From: Octopus bimaculoides
Taxonomy: Eukaryota
Reading direction: 5' to 3'
DNA length: 64,000 nucleotides
Assembly (NCBI RefSeq): GCF_001194135.2
Contig: NC_068981.1
Location: forward strand, 147,713,669 to 147,777,668
Part shown: piece after piece, positions 37,207-50,046 of the stretch
Position numbering within the stretch: position 1 is the first letter of the stretch
Layout: every line of letters starts with the position of its first letter
Notes under the pieces: generated by a model
What the model saw: only the letters and a program-made list of their open reading frames with translations
Databases searched by the model: none
What the model was told of the DNA's origin: nothing
Translations under genes and position numbers: made by a program

Positions 37207-37426
37207 TGTATGGATATATATACATATATGTCCAAACTCCACAGAAGACTCAATACACATAATACAGACAACTGTAGAGTAAATATTTATAACGGACTTA
37301 TTTGCTTTTGAAGAGACTATGTTTCCATGCTATTGTAGGATTCACCTGATTAACCCTAGAAGAGGGTAAAAGCATAGTCACTTTGCAAAAACAAATATCT
37401 GTATAAATGTATATATATGTGTATAT

Positions 37427-37427
<1 letters not shown>

Positions 37428-37512
<85 letters not shown>

Positions 37513-37535
37513 GCGTGTGTGTATGTGCGTGTGAG
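37428..37535. repeat. (GT)n microsatellite
   Basis: Visible directly. Confidence 0.97.
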
Positions 37536-37584
37536 TGCGTTCTTCCATTAGTGAAAGGTTTTCAGATAATGCTCTTGAAGGCTT

Positions 37585-40500
37585 CAAGAGCATTATCTCT
37601 ATGAAAACCTTTGGCTAATGGAAGGATGCTTTTAGTGAAACTTAAAGCTAAGCAATGTAACATCAGTATTATTGTTTGTTACGAATCTATAAATAATGCA
37701 ACTGATGAAAAGAAAGATTCTTTCTACCAATTATTGCTAAACAGAATTGATAGTATAACAACAGGATCTATGAAAATTTTGATTGGTGAGCTAAATGTGC
37801 AAGCTGGCAGTAGCAACGAAGGTACAGAACAAATAATAATAGGCATACGAGGGCTTGGAACTGCTAAGATTAATCATACTCTATAGCACCAACAATCTCA
37901 TCATAGGAGCAAGTATGCTTAAAGAAAATCATAGGCCTCTGGGTAAAGCCCTTAATGGGAGCTCATACTTGCATGATCACAGCATGTTTAGATCAGCATT
38001 GGCCCCTAGGTAACTATCTAATGTACCCAAACTTTAAGATGATATTGCATAGGAGGTACTCTCTTTAAAAACAAAGCTGTTATTCATACAGGTAGTAGGA
38101 TCTCTCCAGATAAAAATGTATTGTTATCAAATAGATCATATTTTGATAAATTAGTAATGTAAGAAATAACTGCCAAGCACTAGAACATATTGAAATGTAT
38201 ACATCAAAAATGACCATTAGTAGTGTTAGGGACGATTCACATGAAACTGAAGGTCAAGGAAAAGAAGAAAAGGTTTACCAAGTTTGATTGAGAAAAGTTC
38301 AAAGATAATAGAGTAAAGGATGAAATTGTAATTGAATGTCAAAATCGATTTGGAATGCTAGAAGCTCTAGATGAAGATGTATACATCAATAGCATGTGGA
38401 AGAATTAAAGAAGGAATATCAGAATGTAGTGAAGAGTGATCTGGGTTGAAGAAGAAAGATAAAAAAAGAAGAAATGGATTTCAGATAAAACATGGAAAGT
38501 TATTGAGGCATGAAAGGAACAAAAGCAAATTTTGAAAATTAGAGAAGGAATAAGACAGACCTTAAAGTGGGAATAGCTAAATACTGGAGTCTCAATAGGG
38601 AGGTGAAAAAGTGTTGAAGAAGAGATAAAAGAAGGTTTTTGTAAGTGAAAGATAATGAAGTAGATAAACTGTTCTATGCAAGAGACAAATGAGGAGTCAG
38701 CAGTTGTTAATGAAATAATAGACAAAATTTCAGACAAATAGATCAAAAAGGCCACCTGTGTTCAGTATTTCTGGAGAAATACTCTGATAATATCTTTACT
38801 ACAAGTGAAGCTGGAAGTAACTGTACATGAAATATCTGTTGAAGCAATATTACAAGCTATGACTGTATGTTTAAAAAGTTATCTTTGAAACCAAATGGTT
38901 TTGGGTTCAGTCACACTGTGCAACACAATGGACAAATGACATCTACTATAGTCCCTGGCTGGACAATGTATTGTGAGGGAATATTGTAACTCTGGGAATA
39001 TGGTAACTCTGCAGAAAGCCCATTGTGTGTGTGTGTGCTTGTGTGCACGTGCTGTCTCTCACTTTTAAGTTCTCTATGTTAGCAGTTCAACACAAATAGT
39101 GACCAAAAGAATAAATATCAGACTTTAAAAAATAAGTACTGGAGTTGATTGGATGCATTAAGCCCTTCAAGATTGTACCTAATTATGGCTGTAGCCAAAT
39201 AATCAAGATAGGAAAAGAGTAAAGTAAAAAAACAGCACAGCTTCTGAATCGGAAAGAATTGCAGGAAAAATGCCAAAAACAGAGAAGCATATATGACAGC
39301 AAGAATGTTACTGAATCAGTTTCATAATATATGGAATATAAAAAGGATACCTAAAGATTTGAAGTTTAGTGCAATGACTAAGATACCAGAAATGGTGTGT
39401 TTCAGAGAGTGTGACATGAGAAGGAATATAATCTTCTGCAGCTTTGAGTAGAAAATGTTCTGTCTGGTTACTTTGAATAGGATATATATGAAAGAGTGCT
39501 GAAAAGTTCCTGGCTTTAAGGATATTGCAAAAGACCAGACTGGAGGTCAAACCTTCTGAGTTCTTTTACAGGGCTTAGGAAAACTGAAGGACTGCTGCAA
39601 TAAGTGAAGCTGAGATGGGAATATGAGGAATAAAATCCTAATTAACTGATTCTCCGGTATTTTCTTTTATCCAGAGCCAGGAACTTTTCAGCACCCCTTC
39701 ATACTGCATTGGAAAGTATACTAAGAGATGAACATGTAAGCTTCCATCTATTATAAGATTGTAGTGATTAACTATCATTGCTCAGGCATATTATACAACA
39801 GTATGTTTATTTCAGACAACTTTTGTTAATGGCTTTTGTGAACTGCGGAATGATTTTTGGTAGTGTACATGTTGCTACAACTTGAAAGGTACCATGCTGT
39901 TAGGGTATGCTTGAAAATATATAAATCTAGTAGGTACAATAAATAGAGAAAATAAGTTTAAATCAAGCGCAGATGATCAGCTTTCAAGTGAATCTTAACT
40001 TGGGAGTGGAGTACAGCATGCAGGTATTGTTGTTTTCCCTCTCTGTTTGTTGTAATAAACTACAAAGGAAACAGTCATAAATGGAAGAGATGGGATTGAA
40101 TGGATTTATGGAAATTGTTTGTCAGATCGCAATTATGCTAATGACATTGTATTGCATAATAATGGAATATCAAAAATACAAAGAATGACATACAAGCATA
40201 CAAGCTTAATGAAATAAGCAAAGGTGTGGCCTCAAAGACAAGCATTAATAAAATGGAAATTATGAAGACTGAGCAAACAGATAGAAGAAATGTGTTGTTA
40301 AATGGGCATATGCTGGAAAAGTTAAATGAATTTAAATATCTTGGAACTTTTATAGAAAGTGATGGCTCTGCAGAAATTGGATTTAATGAAAGATTTAAGA
40401 AGACAAGTCAAGTGATGGGAATACTTTCCAATGTGCAAAAATCACATAGACTGGTGATTCATATGAGATTAAACTGTGTACATCACTAGTAAAATGTGTT

Positions 40501-40660
40501 CTAGTATGTGGCAATAGGTATGGGATAGCAATGAAAATAAAGCCAATCATTTTAGGGTCTTGAGAATAAAGCATTAAAAAGAACCTTCCAGATAAATGGA
40601 ATGATTTTGTGACAAATACAATAGTTTGAAATGTAGAAAGTACCATATAAAGACGAAGAA
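37585..40660 (+). mobile_element. Ancient fragmented RTE/BovB-like LINE (APE endonuclease to RT)
   Basis: NISIIVCY...KKDSFY...MKILIGELNVQAGS; KKWISDKTW; NIWN.K.IP.D; YANDI; INK.EIM; FKYLGTF. Interrupted by a SINE and a MITE. Confidence 0.75.
39489..39701. mobile_element. mariner-derived MITE
   Basis: TIR ..gtgctgaaaagttcctggct / agccaggaacttttcagcacc..; TA TSD; sister copy at 49051-49267. Confidence 0.85.
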
Positions 40661-40667
40661 TTTATAC

Positions 40668-40861
40668 TTTCAGATTTTGGCACAAGGCCAGCAGTTTTCA
40701 AAGAAGAAGTTTAGCTGATTGCATTGACTTCAGTGCTTGCTTGGTACTTAGACAAAGTTGACCTCATCAGGATTTGAACTCAGAATGCAAAGAGCTGGAA
40801 GTTATGCTAAACATTTTGTCTTGTCTAACTTGCTAACAATTCTGCCAGTTTACCACCTTAA
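40668..40861 (-). mobile_element. SINE family B
   Basis: ggcacaaggccagcag..caaagttgacctc..gatttgaactcag..ccacctta. Confidence 0.78.
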
Positions 40862-41327
40862 TACAAGGAAATAATGAGGGGGAGATAGCAATAGTTAGGC
40901 CATAAGTTTCAGTCCCAGCCTGAAAACTGACAAATACATCAAGCAATAAAATCGACAGTCCAAGGTATTAGAAGAAGAGCTAGGCCTAACTGGCAAAACA
41001 CAGAAAATGTTAAGAGAAAGAAGGGATCAAAACTGGGTAGTGAATGACCAGAAGCACAGAATGAATATATGAAGGTCCATTACATCAAGTATCACTGGTA
41101 TCAGTAACACAATATTTGTATTTGTATATAAAATGATAGCATGCAGATTTAATATTTTGTTTCAATCTTCATTATTATTAGATTGATTTTTAAAGTGAAA
41201 GTGTTTAAATATATTGTTGCAAACTGCAATATGTATCTTATGATATATTATAAATGTTTCGTGATGTCACTGCATCTTTAATTATCCTTTGACTCCTACT
41301 TAGTTTTAAATATATATATAAATATAT

Positions 41328-41856
41328 CATCATCATCGTTTAACATCCGCTTTCCATGCTAGCATGGGTTGGACGATTTGACTGAGGACTGGTGATCCAG
41401 ATGGCTACACCAGGCTCCAATCTGATTTAGCAGAGTTTCTGCAGCTGGATGCCCTTCCTAACGTCAACCACTCCAAGAGTATAGTGGGTGCTTTTACGTG
41501 CCACCGGCACGAAGGCCAGTCAGGCAGTACTGGCAACGGCCATGCTCAAAATGGTGTATTTTACGTGCCACCTGCACAGGAGCCAGTCCAGCGGCACTTG
41601 GCAACGATCTCACTTGAATGACTTTTCACGTGCCACCGGCACAAGTGCCAGGAATGCGAAGCTGCGGCACAAGTGCCAGGAAGGCAACGCTGGGAACGAT
41701 CACGCTCGAAAGGTTGTGCCATCACAATTTTGCTTTCGTTTACCCCAACAGGTCTTCGCAAGCAGAGTTTAGTGTCCAATGGAGGAGACGTTGGCATGGG
41801 GGCCAGTCGTCGAATTTAGTTCGATTTCGATTTCACTTGCCTCAACAGGTCTCGGT
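41328..41856 (-). mobile_element. Young RTE 3' UTR with VNTR
   Basis: Matches the other young tails; repeated GTGCCACCGGCAC units. Confidence 0.9.
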
Positions 41857-43228
41857 GTAAAGAGAGAGGGGTTAATTAGAGATTAAGATAGCTAAAGACA
41901 TACTGATGTCCTAAATTCTGCTACATATTCCTACACCTCCTTCATCCTCTGATTGTACAGTTTTAATTTAGTCCTCACATACAACCACAACTTTCCACTC
42001 TAACTTTTCTTTCTCTATCACAGACACACACACACACACACACACACTAACATGCATTTACCTCACCTTTCATTTCTAATCCCCACTCTGCAGCTCTTTC
42101 TCGTTCTCTCTCTTTCTACATACTCTATCTCTCACTACTCACTGTTCCTCTCACTCTCATTCTTTCCCTCTCTAGCAGTATCTGTCATTTCTTCTCCCAC
42201 TTTAACCTTCAAACCAGCCTCGAGTGAAAACACCTAAGATCAAATATCTTCTAGCTGTGACCATCTTGTCTTTTTTTATCTGAGTTGTGTGCATGCAGGA
42301 TTACATTATCCGATGTGTCCATCCACTTTTAAGATGGTAGGGTAAGTGTGATATGAAAGAGAGATTTGATTGAAGTTTCTAGCAACTTGAGTAACCACAA
42401 AGTGATCCCACTCCCTCTACAACTGAACTGTGGTTGTTGTTATTGTTGCTGAGCTCCAGGTCAAATCTGATTGATCAGAACTTTGGTTATAGATCTGCTT
42501 AACTCAGGCTTGACCTGGGGTTAAAGAACAACAACAGCAATATAACAATATTGGCAATAGTAAGTTACAGAACTTTAGAATTGAATGTCTCACTAGAAAA
42601 CAAACATCTGTGCAATAACAGTACTACTGGAATGGAATCAATTTTATGTAGTTCTACCAACACTAACTACATCAACACCAGAGTAAGTTGCTCATTAGAA
42701 GCTCTTGTTCAGATGATGAGCTATTGTAAATATGGCAATTTGTAAATAGTTTTCTTTCAATTCACAAATCATTGTTAGTATTCTTAACGAGAGAAAAAGA
42801 GAAAAGAGAAAGAGTGTGTACGTGTGGGAATCTTTGTAAATCATTAACAGTTGATGAAATAATAAAGTCACAAACCTTATAGTTGTTACAGTTTAGCCCA
42901 AGGTTAGTTCTGAGGAAGTAGACCTATGATCTGTCAAAGTGTTACAGTCATAACCATAATGTTTTGTGTATGTGTGTATGCATGTATACATGTATGTGTG
43001 TATTCTTTTGCAGCTATCATGCATCTTATGCATGTCGTCATGTATCATATGCTTTTACAGCATGTTGATAACATTACAATGAAAGTCTTCCTGATTAAGT
43101 GTGAGTTCTCCCAACGGATGAAACATGAGTTCTCCCATCAGATGAAGCCATAACATTACTTCATTCTGATTTTCTCATATGACAGAGATATTAGGGTGGT
43201 TTGCTAGTACCTTCCAAACGAAGGCAGC

Positions 43229-43457
43229 GAGCTGGCAGAATCGTTAGCACACCGGGTGAAATGCTTAGTGGTATTTTATCTGTCATTACATTCTGGGTTC
43301 AAATTCTGTCAACTTTACCTTTCATCCTTACAAGGTCAAGGTCCTGCCAAGGTCAACTTTGCCTTTCATCCTTACAACCCAGTCAAGTGCTGGGGTCAAT
43401 GTAATTGACTAGTCCCCTCTCCACAAATTTTCAGGCCTTGTTCTTATAGTAGAAAGA
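43229..43457 (+). mobile_element. SINE family B with internal duplication of the core
   Basis: aaggcagcgagctggcagaatcg..; actttgcctttcatccttacaa occurs twice. Confidence 0.85.
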
Positions 43458-44075
43458 CTATTACCTTCTACAGCTGGATGGTTGTTGGCCCACAAGGAGC
43501 TCAGCCACCCTTCAACAGATCTTGTCTTTAGTTTTGCTAGCTGTCCAGATATCCTCTTCACAAAAGTAGCAAGCTACTCAAGTGGGAAAGCTGGTTTAAT
43601 TGTTGACCACTCAACCATGGAACAGGTAGTACTGGTTCACATAGTACCAGTAGCAAGTTTCATCAGTCCGTGATGAGATCTCTGACTTGATTTATGCTAT
43701 GTCAACTAATACAGTATTAAATATCATTATCTTTAATATGGTAGGGCATAGTTTAAGGGAAATTTGTTTGCTATTATTAGGTCTAGTGACCATGTAGACA
43801 TTTGTCCAGATTGTCCCATTTTACCCCATACAATTCCCCATAGTTTGCTTTCAAAGTTGTTTACAAAAGCCACAAAAGGTCAAGCAGTGGAGTGAAACCA
43901 CAGGATACAGGATAATTTCCAGCTTCAAACACAGAAACAGCGTATTTACAACAATACATCAAAAGGCTCCATTTAGTCATATGTTTGACTATCTGTGTGT
44001 CATAGGCCAGCTCAGTCAGAACTGCCTTAGGGGTATACAGCCTCATAGATGTTCCACTTTCTACTTTTGGATTAG

Positions 44076-44350
44076 AGGTGCAGGCATGGTTACATGATTA
44101 AGATGCTTGCTTTGCAACCAAGTGGTTTTGGGTTCAGTTCCATTGCGTGGCACCTTGGGTAGGTGTCTTTTACTATAGCCTCAGTCTGACCAATATCTTG
44201 TAAGTGAATTTAGTAGATGGAAACTGTGAGGAAGCCTGTCATGTGTGTGTGTGTGTGTGTGTGTATCCTTGTGTCTCTATTTGTCTTTTACTCCACTGCT
44301 TGAGCTCAACAACCAGTGTTGGTTTGTTTACATTCCTGTAACTTAGGTAG
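44076..44350 (+). mobile_element. SINE family A
   Basis: aggtgcaggcatgg..ggttcagttcc..caccttggg..tactatagcc. Confidence 0.8.
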
Positions 44351-44562
44351 TTTTTAATACCTGTTTTCACTTCAAATAAGTACAAAAAACTATGAAAATT
44401 ATATTTTAACTCTCTTAGAGTATGAAAATGAAGACAAAAGAACAATAAAATCATTTGAGATTCCGGTATTATTGTTGTCAAATAAACTTTCAAATGGAGA
44501 AAGAATGGTGCATTTTTTCCATTCAGAGCAAGTTGAAGCATCACTTTCTGTTGTGGTATCTA

Positions 44563-44602
<40 letters not shown>

Positions 44603-44676
44603 GTGGTGGTGATGATGATGGTCATCATCATCAACAACAACAACAACAACAACAACAACAACCACCACCACCTTAT
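44563..44676. repeat. Compound trinucleotide tract (GAT/GGT/CAT/CAA/CCA)
   Basis: Visible directly. Confidence 0.95.
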
Positions 44677-44765
44677 CTAATGATGGAGGAAAGTCAGGAA
44701 AAACTTCATTGCTGTATAAATATTCCATTTGTAATTGATTTCTCATATCAATAAGGGCTGCTTAC

Positions 44766-44820
44766 ATTTAGGTGCTTTTGATGAAGTAGACACTTGGGCA
44801 TCAATTGATGATAGCTGGAG
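44766..44820 (-). CDS. Candidate exon (LQLSSIDAQVSTSSKAPK), unknown gene
   Basis: ttctctatag| acceptor, |gtaagc donor, open frame phase 0 to 1. Confidence 0.35.
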
Positions 44821-45261
44821 CTATAGAGAATTTTTGAAACATCAATTGATGACATCCACTGTTCTCTAACAGATCATCAGTTAATGATATCTGCCATTTA
44901 AGGCTTGAAACCATTACCTTCAGTAGACTAGGATCAAATGTAGAAGAAATTTATTTCTCATGCATTTAAAATCATAAAAAAGTGGAGCTAAACATCAGCC
45001 CTTAGAAGCTAGTGGGACTCATTGAGGCATTTAGGGTTTTTACTCCACCTCTACAACATTATATATGCAGTTAGAGTGTAAAATAAAGTCAAGTACAATG
45101 AAATGCTGAGGTCAGTGGCCTATATCTCTGTCCACCCCTTCACCACCACCCCATGACTGTATCCCTTGAAGTTCAAGTGCTGTGTAGTCAGTCATGGTTA
45201 TCGTTGATTACAGAAGTGTCAAGGAGAAAAAAAAAATCTCTTACCATGACTTGGCAAATGA

Positions 45262-45264
<3 letters not shown>

Positions 45265-45299
<35 letters not shown>

Positions 45300-46000
45300 T
45301 TAGCATCCATTGTCCATTCTGGCATGGGTTGGACGGTTTGACCAGGGCTGGTAAGGTGAGGGGCTGCACCAGACACCAGTCTGATTTGGCATGGTCTCTA
45401 TGGCTGGATGCCCTTCCTAACACCAACCACTCTGAGAGTGTAATGAGTGCTTTTACGTACCAGTTGCATGACACCAGTATCTGCCACAACTATGATTTCA
45501 CTTGGCTTGATAGATCTACCTTCTCAAGCACAACATATTCTTTTCTAGTCTAAGCACAAGGCCTGAAATTTTTGGGGAGGGGGCCAGTCGATTAAATTGA
45601 CCCCAGTATGCAACTGGTACTTAATTTATCAACCCCGAAAGGATGAAAGGCAAAGTTGACCTCGGTGGAATTTGAACTCAGAACATAAAGACAGACGAAA
45701 TACCACTAAGCATTTCACCCAGTGTGCTAACGTTTCTGCCAGCTCGCTGTCTTTCAAGCACAACATATTACCAAAGGTCTCAGTCATTTGTCATTGCCTC
45801 CATAAGGCCCAACACTCAAAAGGTGCCTTTTATGTGCCACTGGCACAGATGCTAGTTTTATGTCACTGGCATCAACCACATTGCCTCTGTGAGGTCCAAT
45901 GCTCAAAAGGTGCTTTTTACGTGCCACTGGCACAGGTGCCAGTTACATGACACCGACAACATCCACAGCTATGATTTCACTTGGCTTGACAGGTCTTCTT
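45265..46000 (-). mobile_element. RTE 3' end (ORF terminus plus VNTR), interrupted by SINE B
   Basis: (CAT)n tail; EAMTND*DLW-like ORF end near 45760-45810. Confidence 0.78.
45540..45753 (-). mobile_element. Young SINE family B with 16-bp TSD
   Basis: TCAAGCACAACATATT at 45524-45539 and 45754-45769. Confidence 0.92.
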
Positions 46001-46104
46001 AAGTGACAGGAATTTTTCAATCACAGATTAGGACTTGTTTTGTGAGTCAGAGAGATTGCTGACTCTTATGATGACCTGAGGATAACTGAAAACCTCATAC
46101 TCAC

Positions 46105-46223
46105 AACTCTGTTCTTGCCAACTGCCTGAGTCAAAATGATGTTCAAATCACCTGTTTCATCACATGACATCCCTTCATTTCTCACTTCAGGTGCATAGCT
46201 TACTATGTCACAATTGCTGAGGG
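46105..46223 (-). CDS. Candidate exon (LSNCDIVSYAPEVRNEGMSCDETGDLNIILTQAVGKNRV)
   Basis: gtttcag| acceptor, |gtgagt donor, open frame phase 1 to 0. Confidence 0.35.
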
Positions 46224-46714
46224 CTGAAACCTCTTGGAGCCACAGAAAGTGACCCACTCATTGTGACAGTGGGCAGTATCACACAACTGTGATAATAAAA
46301 TACCACCATTTCTGTAGATACAGATGCACAGAAAGTACAGATGCACAGAAGGTGTGGTAAGGGTGGAAGCAGTTGTGATTCTTTGGTTCCCTACATGGAT
46401 GCATCTTCTGTTGTGGTGTCATATGACTCAAGTCAAAGATAAACTTGTTATCAGTTTAAATATGCTTAAGAAATATTCAGATTGGTAACAAGTTTATATT
46501 TGTATACATCACTGCTTAGTGCTTCTAATCTGGATTGAAGTCATTCTCTTCTTTTGGGAATACACGATAACTTTAGACATCACTTTCTATTGTCTTCCTT
46601 ATTCTTTCTCTCTTTCTTTTATTTATTTTTTTTTGGCAATTGCTATATCATCATCAAATTAGATGACCAAGCTATCACTCACTCCCCACAACTAGATAAG
46701 ATTAAATAAAATGA

Positions 46715-47090
46715 CTACCAACAATGGATCTTCTATATAGTAGAAATATCAGCCAAATTATTCTTAAATTACACTCTATCATCTTGAAAATGACAGCAGG
46801 TATTGGATAATGTTCTCCAAGATACATACTGTCAAAGAGAAAGAAGAGGTAGCCATGACTGGGATATTCTTAACTAGAGGTATGCTCAATAAGAAATTAC
46901 CTGATGCTAAATAGCAACCACAGAAAGCACCAAATATCCTTCAAATCACACTATATCATCTTAATGAAAAGGAAGATACACTGGGTAATCTAATCAAAGA
47001 AATACAAAATGATGGGATCATTACGGCTGGAATTCACTTAACCATAGGTCTGTTTGGTCAGTGCTGAACTAGGACTAAACAGTAACTGAA
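46715..47090 (+). repeat. Two tandem copies of repeat family D
   Basis: gtagaaatatcagccaaat..; aaatatccttcaaatcacac..ggctggaat..ctgaactaggactaaac. Confidence 0.6.
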
Positions 47091-47150
47091 TAGAGAGACA
47101 ACATCATTCAGATAGATAAGAGTATATTGCTTGGGGGTGATATTAATCTT

Positions 47151-47536
47151 TCATCTTATACTTGTTTCAGTCATTGGACTGTGGCCATGCTGGGGTATTA
47201 TCTTGAAGGATTTAGTTGAATAAATCAACTCTATGTTTTTTAAGTTTAGTACTTATTCTATCAGTCTTGCTTGATGAACTACAAAGTTCAGAGACATAAA
47301 CCACCACTGCTTGACTGGTTGTTGAACAATGGTAGGGAACGAACACAAAGTTGAACAGATACGCACATATTTATATGGCAGGCTTCCCCATAGTTTTTGT
47401 CTACCAACTTCATTGACAAGGCAATGATTGGTCTGGGGTTATGGTAGAAAACACTTGCCCAAGGTACCACACAGTGGGACTGAACCTAAAACTGCTTGGT
47501 TGCAAAACAAATTTCTTAACCACACAACCATGCTTG
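47151..47536 (-). mobile_element. SINE family A
   Basis: Family motifs. Confidence 0.8.
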
Positions 47537-47762
47537 TTAAGTTTTTTTCTTTTTCAATGTGCTAGCAGACAATTCTAATTTTTTGGTATTTAGTGTTCCT
47601 AACACAAATAGTATTAGCAACATTATTTTCTGTTTTTCAAATAGAAAATAGTGTTGCTAACATTTATGATATTTGTTTCAAGTTTACAATATAATATTGT
47701 TCACTGTACAATATGCTTCAAAATAACTGGAATCGTATGACAGTTCCATTATACAGATTTAC

Positions 47763-47799
47763 CAAAATGCTCGAGGCTAATGTAATTAGCATATGGCTT
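47763..47799 (-). CDS. Candidate micro-exon (KPYANYISLEHF)
   Basis: ctaattag| and |gtaaat; phase 0 to 1 fits the chain; could be chance. Confidence 0.22.
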
Positions 47800-48284
47800 C
47801 TAATTAGAGTACAGGACTAGATTAAATAATAATCTCTATCATAATATTGAATCCTACTATGCTTAATTTTGTTGTGGTTCACCTGTTTAAATGAAATCAT
47901 GAGAAGATGATTAATTATTGTATGTTTTAAATCAGAATTACTTGGTTAAATTCAAATACTGCTATAACTTCCATAGTTTAGTTTACTCTTTTACAACCAT
48001 TTAGACCAAAGTTACAACAATCTTCATGCAGTCATTGACCTTCACGTGTTTGGACTGGGCAGGGCATAATCACATCAAAGCCTTGTGAGTGGATTTGGTA
48101 AATGAAAACTAAAGGAAGCCCATTGTATGTATGTATGCATGTCATTGTTCAGTTTTATTTCAAGATTTCTTGCCAATAGAGAAAGAGCTGGTTTCTAACC
48201 TAGATTCAAGGCTCCATTGGAATTTCAATATCAACAACAGGGTATTTTTGTTTGTTTGTTTGTATGTATGTATGTATGTATGTC

Positions 48285-49005
48285 TCTTCTATTTTTTAAT
48301 TATTATAAATCTTCCACTGAGGAACAAAGATACAAAGCTCCATCTTTGGGATGTAGTTAACACAGACAAATCCACATATGTATGTATATGTGCAGATTTG
48401 TATGTTTTGCCTTATGTATGTGTTCTCATGCATATAGTTGCATATCTAGACATGCTCATATATATTTAAATGCTAAACTTTTGGAACGTCTTACAGATTT
48501 TTACAGTTCAAGTGATGGATTGGATCTGTAGTCTTCAAATTAGCTTTCTCCTTTCTGATTTTGAGAAGCCTAATTTCTCAAGATTGGGCCCAGTGATTAC
48601 AGGTATAAACCTGAACTTGTAATCTGGATACAGTAACTGCAGATTTCTCAATAGTTCAGTGTAGTTATTCTCTTTTTCACTAATCTTCAGCTTTATGATA
48701 ACATCTGCTTGGCAGCTAATTTCGACAACTGTATTCAGTTTCTCTTCTCTATCTCAAATCATCATATCAGATTTGTTGTGCTTACATTTTATTGAGGTCT
48801 TCACTAGGACATTCCACCAGTTCTCCTTTGTATTATGAATGTCTACCATGCTGTGGGTTCTTATTTCTTAGTCCTCAGGGTTATCCTTCCAATGGATTTC
48901 ATTAGAGTGTCCTAGCTACAACATCATGTCTCATCGGTAGATAATACCGTGATGACATTTATGGACAACTGTTTATGATGTGGGTGATATCTTCGGTGTT
49001 ATGTA
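48285..49005 (-). mobile_element. R4/Dong-like LINE 3' fragment (zinc knuckle plus restriction-like endonuclease)
   Basis: EDITHIINSCP..YYLPMRHDVVA; WWNV.VKT..KCKHNK.D....E.S..ADV...EKE.NY.EL...IP.I.G. Confidence 0.8.
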
Positions 49006-49050
49006 TGTATGTATATGTATACACACACACACGAGCAAAAGAAACTGACA

Positions 49051-49267
49051 TGAGGAGGTGCTGAAAAGTTTCTGGCTTTAAGGGTATCAGGAAATGCCTG
49101 GTTGGTAACCCAACCTTCCAAGTTCTTTCACAGGGCTTAGAAATACTGAAGGACCACTGCAATAAGTGTGTGAATCTGAGAGGGAAATATGTTGAATAAA
49201 ATCATAATTAACTGATCTTCCTGTATTTTCTTTTACCCAAAGCCTGGAACTTTTCAGCATCCCCTCG
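49051..49267. mobile_element. mariner-derived MITE (sister of 39489-39701)
   Basis: Same TIRs; interior resembles a transposase C-terminus (GLE.LKD.CNKCVNLRG.YVE*). Confidence 0.85.
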
Positions 49268-49417
49268 TGTGTGTGTGTGTGTGTGGGTGTATATATATAT
49301 ATATATATACTTTATTTTTTGTTATATTTCTGCTGCTTTTAAATAAAGCATATTACTCTACCTCTGGTATTTGAGTACTCTTTTTTCCACCTTGTTGCAC
49401 ATTTATGTGCTTACTCC

Positions 49418-49465
<48 letters not shown>

Positions 49466-49682
49466 TGTGTGTATTTGTTTGTGGAGACATTAGTTGTGAC
49501 ATCATGTGATGATTTTAAATGACCATCAACATCATACAAGTGATGTTTGGTTCTATTTTTCCAAGAAAAACATTACCCTGACTTGGAAACAGGTGAGGGT
49601 TGATAACAGGAAGGGCATCCATCTGCAGAAAATCAGTCTCAGCAAATTCAATTTACCCCATGTATCTATGGAAAAGTGGTCA

Positions 49683-49906
49683 TTAACCCTAAACAGATTA
49701 TTCTGTCAAATGTAATGCTTAAGTAATCAAATTGTTTTGAATTAATCATGCAAAGACATCATAGCATTAAAATTTTGAGGATGTAGTTGCTTATTCTTAG
49801 AATGACATTGTAGGAAAAGTGTGCAAAGCCAGATCCGGCCAGTTTGAACATAGAACAGGTAGAATATTTAGGTCAGATATGGCTGGTTTAAATGCTAAAG
49901 GGTTAA
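49683..49906. mobile_element. piggyBac-like MITE
   Basis: TTAACCCT.. left end and ..aatgctaaagggTTAA right end. Confidence 0.6.
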
Positions 49907-49960
49907 ATGATGAGGATAATGATTTTCCATGGTAGTTGTTGAAACAGTAGAAACCCTTAC

Positions 49961-50046
49961 TTGTTTTTTGAGAAAGGTTTTTCCTTCTACTGACTTCTTA
50001 CACATTGAAACTGATGAAGCAACCGAGCTGGAGGATGTAGCATTTC
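49961..50046 (-). CDS. Candidate exon (GNATSSSSVASSVSMCKKSVEGKTFLKKQ)
   Basis: Strong tacttgtttatttccag| and |gtaagg; only one open frame (phase 1 to 0). Confidence 0.55.

Noticed and set aside
42597-42682. Plus-strand exon-like segment with AG/GTAAGT
   Set aside because: No partner exons or homology; it shows that chance pseudo-exons occur here.
43465-43570. Minus-strand exon-like frame LATFVKR..AVEG
   Set aside because: Its 3' end matches the RTE tail motif catccagctgtagaa, and its phase does not fit the chain.
50011-50035. CTGATGA plus AGC/GCT stem as a hammerhead
   Set aside because: Followed by GGAG rather than GAAA, has no stem I or III, and overlaps a candidate exon on the other strand.
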